Source: Eledone cirrhosa | Lineage: Eukaryota | Reading direction: 5' to 3' | Assembly: GCA_964016885.1 (NCBI GenBank) | Contig: OZ024740.1 | Span: 121,644,001 to 121,708,000 of the forward strand | Length of the DNA: 64,000 nucleotides | In this document: one piece after another, positions 53,870 to 64,000 of the stretch | Numbering within the stretch: the first letter of the stretch is position 1 | Layout: every line of letters starts with the position of its first letter | Notes under the pieces: generated by a model | The model's input: only the letters and a program-made list of their open reading frames with translations | Told to the model about the DNA's origin: nothing | Database searches by the model: none | Program-made: the position numbers and the translations under genes

Positions 53870-56305
53870 GGGAAGAAGACACATGGTGGATAGAAGGTCG
53901 AGAAATCGCTCCCGTAAGTTTTGATTTTTTAACATATTTAAATCAATTGTGAAATAACAATTCCTAGTACAAATGTTGCATAAAACAATCAGCTTGAGCC
54001 CCCTAAAATTCGGATCCACAATATATTGTTATATCGCTCAAATATTCAATTTTGTATTATACATTTTATATTCAAAAAGAAAATGGTTTTAAATGGAAGG
54101 AAACCCACTCTGTCTACACTATATAGAACAGCCAAATAATAACAGCAATTTCACCAATATCAGAAACTAGATACACCAGCTACTCCATCACCCCTCTGTG
54201 TACACTAAACACAACAGCCTGATAACGGCAATTTCACAACCACCACCACCAATCTCAGCATAATAATAATAATTACTATTACTATCGCCTCAAGTTTTAG
54301 TGTTAACAAAATGTTTAATTCCAATATTATGGGTAAATGTCAATACATACACGCGACTAACGATAATTTCACTAAAGATAATTTCACCACCAATACCACC
54401 ACCACTACCACGATGAAAACTCTGGTCAAGTCGACTCAAAATTCTACTCCAACTTCAACACCATCACTACAGTAATACGACCACATCACCACCACCGCTG
54501 CCTCACTATCGCTACCGCCGCTATTCTCTCCCATTACCTCCTGCTAGTTGCTGCTAGCACAGCAACGCCACCGCCGCCGCTGCCTCAATATCACTACCGC
54601 CGCTATTCTCTCCCGCTACCCCCTGCTACATTGTAGAATTCTCACTAAAAGAGGAAAACATCGAAATATATAAATAGACTGAATTGATGACCCGATCAAA
54701 ATAAAAATGAAAAAAAAAAACAATAATCAAAATCAAGTTTTAGTTTTAACAAAATGTTTAATTCCAATAGTATGTGTAAATGTCAACGCATATACGCGAC
54801 TAACGATAATTTCACTAAAGATAATTTCACCACCAATTCCACCACCACTACCTCGATGAAAACTCTGGTCAAGTCGACTCAAATTTCTACTCCAACTTCA
54901 ACACCATCACTACAATAATACGACCACATCACCACCACCGCTGCCTCACTATCGCTACCGCCGCTATTCTCTCCCACTACCTCCTGCTAGTTGCTGCTAG
55001 CACAGCACCGCCACCGCCGCCGCTGCCTCAATATCACTACCGCCGCTATTCTCTCCCGCTACCCCCTGCTACATTGTAGAATTCCCACTAAAATAGGAAA
55101 ACATCAAAATATATAAATAGCCTGAATTGATGACCCGGTCAAAATAAAAAAAAACAACAAAAATCAAAATCAAAGCAGCACAGCAACAACGAAAAACGTA
55201 AAGAAAATGAAAATGAAGAGAAAAACAAACGGACGGACAGAGAAGACAGAGGAAAAACTAAGTCAGACATTCAAACACTACATTACAATGAAACTTATGC
55301 TTATTCATTTTTGGGGTTTCTTCTGCCTATTTGTTTGTTTGTTTGTTTGGGTTCGTCTACAGCGTGATAATGCCACACAAAATGCACGTGGAGTGACGAA
55401 ACCACCAGAGTCAAGTAATTCACCGGTGGTTATGTAACCATACATTCGCCAATCCTCGATAAGAGTGTTTAAATGTCGAACGTAAACAGTTCGAATAACG
55501 GTGAAATGGAGACTAGAATGTCATGTGACAGACTCTCACCCAACAGGTGCTCCCTGGCTCAGCAGCAGGGACCTGGCTGTCAACCAAATACTGCTGGTGT
55601 CGGAGGAAGAAGAAGAAGGAAAGGGACCAGAACCAACTGGACGAAAGAATTGAATAGAACTGAAGAGTAACCCCAAGGAGAAAGGCTATAGGAAAAGGAT
55701 GCATAACATCTGGAACGAGATTGGTCCATTTAAATTAGATGACCAAAAACTGGCCGGGCAGGCTCGGGTAATAAGAACTAATGGGTGGATAAGCGAGCTG
55801 GAACTGGAGGAACTGGGCAGAGAGATTAGCTTGGAGATGGAGGGTGGAGTATGCCAGGCAAACGAGCCAGTGGGAAATGAAGGTGAAGAGGTCGAGAGAA
55901 CGGAGGAACCACCCGAAACAGATAATGATCTGAATGCTGAGATAAATAATACCTGGAACAGAGATACGGCCACTGAGGAGATGAATAATGACGGGCTAGG
56001 ACAAGATTTGATTGATATCCTAAACTTAGTGGTAGATGAATTGAACAATGATAGTGGGAGACCTATGAACCTAAGATTTGTAGACAGGAAAAAGTTAAAA
56101 GAAACAACAGCTAAGGTAAACAAAGTCATCCCATACCTTGAGGCGAGGAGCCTTCACCAGTGCAACAATATCCTCAAAGCAACAGCAAATGCGGCGAGGA
56201 AATTACTTGGCATAAAAGCGAGAGGAAACAACAAACAAGAAAGACCAGAACCTTGGTGGAAGAAACGACTGAATGGTCAAATCAGGGAAATGAGAAATGA
56301 CATAA
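53870..56305 (+). mobile_element. R4/Dong family B 5' part (5' UTR with 443-bp tandem duplication, ORF N-terminus), 3'-truncated
   Basis: Starts after (AAT)n. Duplication 54291-54733 / 54734-55170. ORFs 55473-55670 and 55699-56334 match 21152-22429. Confidence 0.88.
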
Positions 56306-56407
56306 AAGGTTTAGAACGGTTGAAAAAGAGGTAAAACGTTGAAAAAGACTGGAGGCGAAAAGAAGCGTGGCTTTACCAACCAATAATAATAATAAAATAA
56401 TATTAAT

Positions 56408-59400
56408 GATTTCTTTATTAACCACAAGCGTTTAAACAAAGTAGACATTAAGGACAGTACAGGACAATACAGGACGGTACAAAAGGGAATTTCTGGTTGT
56501 AAAAAAAGTGAGGATGTAATAATATAACAAGTGAGGATGTAATAATAGAGCAATTAACAAATTCCCCAATAGGGGGAGACTTCCGAGGGACATTCGTGTA
56601 GAAAGCCCATTAAAAAGCCACAGTGACACTGACCACCAGGGCAAGTGCCCTCTCCCAGTTTCCCACCTTTAATTTACAGACACATACTCGGAGTAGGCCC
56701 AATCACTGGTGTGATTCTTGCCTCTCTCACCCATCTTTCAACAAAATGCTGGGATGAAAGCACTTCCCTCTCTACCCTGATTTTCCTTTTCAAATGAAAT
56801 TTGAAAAAGTTAATCAGGGCATCACCGAAGAGGTAAGTGCTCGTCTTCAGCCCTTTCAAACGTATCCACCATATTATCTCTTTCGTCATGGCCACCAGAC
56901 AGATACCAATTACCTGCCCTTCTCGGCTAAAGGTAGAGGGCGGGGCAATCCTCACGATGGACTCAGCTGATAGCTGGATCAGTCCTACACGGGACAGCAG
57001 GTGTTCGACATAAACCCACAAGTCAGCAATGCTCGGACACTGGACGAGTGCGTGCAGGACGGTTTCGTCGCCCTTCGCGCATCTCGGACATGCCCGGCTG
57101 ACGGCACCTCCATGCCTGTAGAGTTTATTCCGAACTGGCATAGCTCCTCGGTAGCACTGCCAGGCCAGGGATTTCTGGAAGTTGTCCATAGGCCCCGAAA
57201 GTTCTTCCGAAAAGATTAGCTAGTTGATTTTCGTCGACGCCTAGACTTTCCCTCCACTATTCCTCTATAGAACGCCAAGGGGGAGTCTCCACCGTTCAAA
57301 TTGCCCGATTGGTCGAGGGCTGTGAGCGAATGAAGACATTCCAGTATCCAAGCGCTCCCTCTCGGTCTTCGTTTGACCCAGGACTGCAGCTCCGTCAAGG
57401 AGACAAGCTGGGGAAAGACGCGTCGAGCAAACAGCAACCACACCTGAGCACCGTCGAGGAAGAGGTGGAATGTCGTAGCCTGAGCGCGTGTCTGCAAATC
57501 ATCAGCTACGGCATGCCTAGCCCTCCACGTAGCGGGTGTTGACAGCAAGTTGACCGCCTGACCATCGGAGAGCGTCCCTTCCACAAAAGCGAAAGAGCAA
57601 ATGCTCCAGCGCAGCCAGGCAGGGTTTACGACAAGGTACGACAGTCAGGCCGTAGTAGATGACGGACGCGATGTACGCGTTAGCCACCTCCGCTCGACCT
57701 CTCAGGGCTAGCTTCCTCTCCGCCCATTTCCGGGTGAGAGAAGCCACCCTGCTCGTCACCTCCTCCCAGTTTTCGTCCGGCTGGAGGTCCAGACCGAATC
57801 AGAACCCTAGCAATTTAACCGGTCCGTCCGTCCAGCGCCCGACGACGCCTCTCCAGGAGCCTCTCCGGGTGCCGAGCTGCAGGCCCACTGACTTTTCCTG
57901 GTTGATCATTGCTCCTGTCACCGCTTCGTATTCTCTTAGTGTAGTGCCGATCGCCTCGATGTGTTTGGCGTTCGACACCAATACGGTGAAATCGTGCGCA
58001 TATTCTGACACGGATCTTCCGCATCTTATTTCGCGCGGGACCCCCCTGAACGTCTGCAATTTGTGCAGTAATGGCTCGAGAGTCAATACGTACAAGAGGG
58101 ACGAGAGGGGACATCCTCGGCGGACCGAGCGCATGATGTTGAATGGTTCCGAGAGGTGACCGTTCACTCTCACCACAGAGCAGATGTCGCTGTGCATGGC
58201 AGCGAACCAGCCTCTGAAGACGGGCCCATAGTCAGCCGCCATCAGGACTATCGAAAGTTAACGATGGTCGACTGATCTAAATTGTGCAAGGTTCCCTCGC
58301 TACCCTCTCTACGATGTATCGCATGAGGTGGAGGTTGTCGTGGATAGATCTGTCGGGAATGGCGCAGGTCTGCGCCTCTCCCACCAGACCACCAACGACA
58401 AGCGCCAACCTTTTTCTAGCACCTTGGCCAAAATCTTGAACTCTGTGTTTAGCAGAGTTATTGACCTGAAATTATCTATGTTATCGCCCTTGTTCGGATC
58501 CTTTCTCAGCAGTACCACCGCACCTCGGCTCACAGAGCCGGGAATTCTCCCGTTCTGTTGCCAGTTGCAGTAGACGTCCGCCAAGAGGCCTCCGAACAAG
58601 TCTAGCATCTATACGTAAAGTTCATAGGGAAGACCATCGAAACCATACGATTTACCCCTTGTGCAGCTAGTCATTGCCTGCCGTACTTCAGCGGCTGTTA
58701 TCGGCTATTTGCAACACTCCGCCTCAGTGGCCGAGAGCCGCGGCAGTCCGTCGAGGTAGACACTAAAGGCCATCCCACGACCCGGCCCGCCGCTGCACCC
58801 GAACAGTTGAGCGAAGTGTCGCTGAAAAGCTTCACACATTTGCCCGGGATCGAGTAGCATGCGCCCGTCGTGGTCCACCAAAGACCGGATCGTGGCTTTG
58901 TTGCCACGATGCGCCTACGCCACTCGGGCCCATTGAACGGATTTCGTCTCCTCGTGTCTGAGAGCACGCACCCTAGCTCTGACAACGCAGCCTTCGTGCT
59001 TTGCATTCGAGAATTGGTCAAGGGCCAATTTCTCCGCAAGTACGTCGGTCGCGATGCCTTTGCTAAGCACCTCGTTCAATTTTGTAACTAATTCTCCCTC
59101 TGCTCTATTTTTCTCTATTGCTAAAGCCTTACTAAACCTAATGGACTCTATTCTAATAGCTCTTTTCAGAGCAAACCACCACTTGTTGTTGATGATGGCC
59201 CCCGTCAACGCCCGCTTAACTAGTTCGCTAATCCGGTCTCTGTAGGCCTTGCGCACTGGTATGGACGCGTTTAGCTTCCAGTAGCCGGGTCCTCGTCTAT
59301 GAAGCCTATCTAAGTCAAGCACACACATCACGTATTTGTGGTCCGTATAGCTGACTATCTTGAATTGTGGACAGCCTATGCTAGACCTATCTATTTCTCT

Positions 59401-62198
59401 ACAAAATAAACTATCTAGATATGATCTCGATGACCCTAAGCTATTTGTATAAGTCCACATTGGCACATTCGGGAAATCCAATCGGTACCTGTCAGACAGT
59501 TCAAAACGCCTGAGCAGGTTAGTGAGGCTCTTGCACCCTCCACCCCTATCCGCTAATCCCACACAGTCCCAGCGTGATCTAAGATCCCTTTCCAGTCGCC
59601 CACTAACACTGAAGAGCAGGACGTTCCAAGAAATGTCTCCAGACGCCGGAAGTAATCGGGCCACCCTGCTCCTGTCGGGGAATAGACGGCCACTAGCCTG
59701 AAAGCTTGCCCCTCTCCGCTGGTCACGTCTAGCACCAGCAACTTACCTTCTGGGTCCAGGAAGATGGCCCGTATGGCGAGATCCAATCCTGTCCGAAAAA
59801 GCACAGCAGCTCATCCTCCCGATCCCGGACGGCTGGGAGATGCGTACACATCGTAGCCGCCGAAGATCGGTGCGAAGGCCCGTGCTTCGGAGATTCTGCT
59901 CTTGCGGATGGCCACTACATCTATGTTTAGTGACCTGAGGTCGTTGAGCAGGTGGCCCTGCTTCCATGACGACCCCAAGCCACGCACATTTATGCTGCCT
60001 ATTCTGAGTGAGGTCATGTTGAAATGGAGTGGAAAAGATGGGAAAGACAACTTACCTTACTTCTCGTAGAGGAGGGATGGTTTGTCCATCCTTTTCACTG
60101 CTTGTGGCCTCCTCAGGAAGGATGTCCTTATAAGTCCTCCTGGAGAGTGTTTGTCGGAAGTCTCCGATGTCTTTGGGGAGTTTTTGTTTTAGTGTCATGT
60201 ACGTTTTCTGTGTGATGCGAGTGATTCATATGTGTGGAGGTGGTGTGAACTTTGGGGTTGTTGTGTAGTCTTTTTCTGTGATGCTGGTGTTGTGTTGCTT
60301 GTAGTGTAATAATTGGTTGTTTTTCAAATTTAATGCTGTGTAGTGTGTATCGTTTTGGTTGTTTTGTTTTGTTTGCTTTTGTTGTGGGTTTGTTTCTGTT
60401 ACGCTTTTTGGTGACTTTTGTGGTGTTGGTGTGGTGGTGTTGGGGTTAATGATGGTGATGGTGTTGGTGTTTGTGGTGATTTTGTTGGTGATGCTGGTGT
60501 GGAAGGTGGCATATCTGTCTTAACTTTCTTGTTCGATATTTTATTTGTTTCCCTCTGTATTTTGTTTTTTGAGGTGGAAGGAAGAGAATTTTTTTCTTTT
60601 TTGGTTTCTTTTTTTTTTTTTTACCTGATACCGTTTCCCACTCCTCGTCGTCACAATCTGTCTCCAGTTGCGATAAGCCGTGGAGTGGAAAATCGTCCAC
60701 AGGCGTTGTTTTGGTGTGGCGTGGTGGATGGTGTAGGCGCTGGTGCTAGTTCTGGGGCGTTGGGTGGTGCTGGTGTTGGTTTTGCTACTGTTGCTAGGGT
60801 TGTTACTGTTACAGTTGCTTCTGTTGTTGCTGCTACAGTTGTTGCTGCTATTTCTGCTGCTGGTGGTGTTGATGGTTGAGTCACAAGGGTGGGTAAATGA
60901 GGTGGCCTCAACCTTTTAGCCTGAGGGCAGAAAGCCCTTAGGTGGGTTCCTTCACCACAAACGACACACCTAGGTCTTTTGCTCTTGACGATTACGGTGA
61001 GGTGGTTGCCGTCAGTGAGGTTTACTACCTCTGGGATCTCCTCAATGCTTTTATGGTCCGTTTGAATCAGGGGCTCCATCACAGCACCGGACGAGTTCTC
61101 CTGCTTTTCTTTTGCTATTTCGATTATTTTGGTGTTGGCCTCGATGCAGGCAGGGACGGCAGCCATTAGCCAGGGAATTTCGATGGCCGGTGGAACGTGG
61201 GTCACCCTGATCTTCACAAGTCTCTGGCCACAATAGCTTGGGATGAGTTGAAGTCGTCACTTCTTAATGGGGCCATGGAATGTTCTCTGGCCTCCTGTGG
61301 TGTTTCAAAGAATACGTCCACGGTTCCATACTTCTGCCCACGTCTGATGTGGGGTTTTTTTGCCCACACATGTCCCAAAGCTTTTTGGATTTGGGACTCA
61401 GATGCCCGTTCCACTCGGCGCGATTTTATGTTTATTGTCCGATAAGACATGGTGCATAGGCGACGTTGCTCCATATTATTAGGTGTGGGGGGGGGGGAGG
61501 CTGACCCTGTACCCATCTTTCTTTACCATTCCTTTGGCTTCGTCTAATTCTTCCTGAGTTACCTGGATCGCTTCGTACGTTTTTGCTACTCTGGCAAAAC
61601 TCAGGGTTGTTTTCTTATTTTCATTGTTGCTGTTGTTATTATCGTTATTTTTGCTATTGTTAATTTTAGTTTCTGTTGTGGTGGTGGTCGCGTCAGTGGT
61701 GTTCGGTGTGGAAGAGTTCATTTTGGTTGAATTCATTTCGATATCATAAGTTAATTTATTTTTTTCTTTTGTTTCTGTTGTTGTTGTGGTGGTGGTGGGG
61801 GTGGCGGTTTCAACACCTGCAGTCATTGGTAATGGCGGGAAATGAATGTCTGCCTGAGACAAATTTAAAATATTGCTACTGCTTATATTTTTAGTGTTGG
61901 CAAACGTAGAAATATTTACAATGGTGGTGTCGGTGTGAGGTGTTGGATTGTGAGGAAGGAGTGAATCTGAGTCATCCATTATTTTTCCAAGAAAACATTT
62001 TTTGGTTTGATAATTATAAAAAGTTTAAACTTTGGGCTCAAAGCCCCAATATTTTTGAGTGTCCTTTTCAGAAATCAATGTATGTGCACTTATATATAGT
62101 TAACAATAAAAAATTTACCATAAATGGCAATTTTAAATAACTGAAAATAACAAACCTTTGCGGAGCTCACGATGATACGATTTACTACGTAGGTCGCC
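56408..62198 (-). mobile_element. Tx1/L1-clade LINE copy 3, full-length, degraded (5' module type alpha)
   Basis: ORF1 pieces 61479-61979, 61214-61516, 60651-61217 (CVVCGEGTHLRAFC). ORF2 pieces from ~60017 to 56674. Same termini as copy 1; (AAT)n on both sides on the + strand. Confidence 0.92.
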
Positions 62199-62220
62199 AA
62201 TAATAATAATAATAATAATT

Positions 62221-62870
62221 AGGGAAGAAAACGCACATAGTGGATATATCGTTATGGAATCGCTCCCTTAAGTTTTTGATTTTTACTTATATAAAACAAC
62301 TGTGATAGAATAATTCTCATTACAAATGAAGTATAAGTTTACAGTTTAACGCTCAGCAAGCCACAACGCATCACATTACGGCATAGGGCCCCAATATTTA
62401 TTATTTAATTTTGGATCAGAAATGTTATAGTCAAAAAAGAGAAAAATTGTAAAATGGCTAAGTGGACAGACAGACAAATAATTTCACGACCAACACCACC
62501 ACTGCCATCAACACGACTACCACGCCAAAAACTCTAGTCAGATTACCTCAACTTCTATTTCTAGTTCAACTTCAACACCATCAAAACAGTACTACGATCA
62601 CATCACCAACACCACTGCCTCATTATCGTTACCGCCGCTATTCTGTCCAAACTACCTCCAGCTAAGACAGGCATCGTAGTACCCCACTAAAAGAGGAAGG
62701 CATCAAAAGATATAAATAGACTGATTTGATGACCCGGTCAAACAATCGGAAAAACAAACATCAAAATCAAAACAGCACAGCAGCAACGAAAAACGTAAAG
62801 AAAATAAAAAATAAAAGAAAAACAAACAGACACACAGAGAAGGAAAAAAAAACTAAGTCATGTGACAGAC
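62221..62870 (+). mobile_element. Diverged, internally deleted Dong-B 5' UTR
   Basis: AGGGAAGAAAACGCACA..ATCGCTCCC start and downstream blocks match 53870-55264. Confidence 0.7.
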
Positions 62871-62964
62871 ATGCTGATAGAAATAATCAAGCAAAAAGTG
62901 TCGGCCAAAGCTACTCGTATAAGGCGCTTTGAAAAACGATCTAGATTCTATAAGGACAATTATA

Positions 62965-64000
62965 ATGTTCAAAAACAACCAAAGAAACTTCTACAGAAAA
63001 ATTGGTAAGTCAACAATAACTGCTAAATCAATACCACCCAAGGAGGAAGTGCAAGAATTCTGGGAAAAGATTTGGGCCGAAGAAAAAGTTCATAACATAC
63101 ATGCCCCATGGATAGACAGACAAATGAAAGATACAGCTCACCTTGAGGAACAAATATGGGAAAATATAACAGTTGAACAGTTGCGCTTGGCTCTAAGAAA
63201 AAACAGCAAATGGAAATCCCCAGGAAAAGACAAAATACAAAACTTTTGGATAAATGCCTTCACAGAGTCTCATGAGCTGTTAGCCCAACTTTACAATGAA
63301 ATAGTTAAGGAGCCAGAAAAGATACCATCATGGCTAGTTAACGGCATTACATTCCTGCTTCCGAAGAATGATGAGACAAACAATCCCAAAAATTACAGAC
63401 CGATAACTTGCTTGACCACAATGTATAACATTTTAACATCAGTCCTAACTGAATACACATATGACCACCTGATAACAAATGACCTATTTCCCATTAAGCA
63501 GAAAGGGTGTAAACGAGGCTCATATGGCTGTAAGGATCAGCTTCTGGTTAACAAAATGATACTGGAAAATTGTCATAATAGACACAAAGATCTATCGATT
63601 GCTTGCATAGATTATAAAAAAGCATTCGATAGTTTGCCACACAGTTGGATTGAAAAATGTTTAGAGATTTTCAAAATATCTCCCGTTGTCAGGAGGTTTT
63701 TGTCATTCAGTATGAAGACATGGAAAACGACACTCCTTTTGAATAGTGAAACAAAATCACTGGAAGCTGGAGAAGTTAATATTAATTGTGGAATTTTTCA
63801 GGGTGACTCTTTATCACCGCTTTTATTCTGCATCGCACTTATACCATTAAGTAAAATGCTCAATGAAACAAAACATGGATATAAAGTCCATGACAAAACC
63901 ATTAATCACCTGTTCTACATGGATGACCTGAAACTATTTGCAAAAAATGATGAACAATTGCAAGGGCTATTATCCACTGTGGAGCAGTTCAGTGATGACA
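62965..64000 (+). CDS. Dong-A RT region, open to the window end (not in the ORF track because it has no stop)
   Basis: Manual translation: MFKNNQRNFYRKIG..WKSPGKD..YRPITCL..QKGCKRGSYGCKDQL..DYKKAFDS..QGDSLSP..FYMDDLK. Homologous to 9850-10715 (minus). Confidence 0.85.
   Translation, partial: MFKNNQRNFYRKIGKSTITAKSIPPKEEVQEFWEKIWAEEKVHNIHAPWIDRQMKDTAHLEEQIWENITVEQLRLALRKNSKWKSPGKDKIQNFWINAFTESHELLAQLYNEIVKEPEKIPSWLVNGITFLLPKNDETNNPKNYRPITCLTTMYNILTSVLTEYTYDHLITNDLFPIKQKGCKRGSYGCKDQLLVNKMILENCHNRHKDLSIACIDYKKAFDSLPHSWIEKCLEIFKISPVVRRFLSFSMKTWKTTLLLNSETKSLEAGEVNINCGIFQGDSLSPLLFCIALIPLSKMLNETKHGYKVHDKTINHLFYMDDLKLFAKNDEQLQGLLSTVEQFSDD

Noticed and set aside
49800-64000. Idea that the right block is an inverted segmental duplication of the left block
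   Set aside because: Element order, truncation points and lesions differ; independent insertions into an oppositely oriented microsatellite explain it.

Overview
Eukaryotic, AT-rich, microsatellite-dense DNA with no recognisable host gene. The SINE and repeat content suggest an octopod cephalopod (inference). The window is almost entirely retroelements in three zones. (1) 1-24.5 kb and (3) 49.8-64 kb are nested stacks of R4/Dong-type LINEs (RT + restriction-like endonuclease) and Tx1/L1-type LINEs (APE + RT); zone 1 also has tRNA-derived SINEs. Nearly all intact element ends abut (ATT/AAT)n tracts, and orientation follows a strict strand rule: Tx1 and SINE read into (ATT)n, Dong reads into (AAT)n. 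(2) 24.6-48 kb is a (TA)n-rich zone of Penelope-like elements (Naiad- and Neptune-like GIY-YIG). It carries seven hammerhead ribozyme (HHR) motifs from four unrelated families, six with intact cores and one degenerate. The most striking object is a non-coding 466-bp monomer at 33.8-35.65 kb, arranged as tandem plus inverted copies. Each complete copy has a canonical minimal type I hammerhead within a hairpin-rich sequence, i.e. a retrozyme-like unit predicted to release a 466-nt self-cleaved, possibly circular, RNA. Family names come from motif recognition by eye, not database searches; boundaries are approximate.
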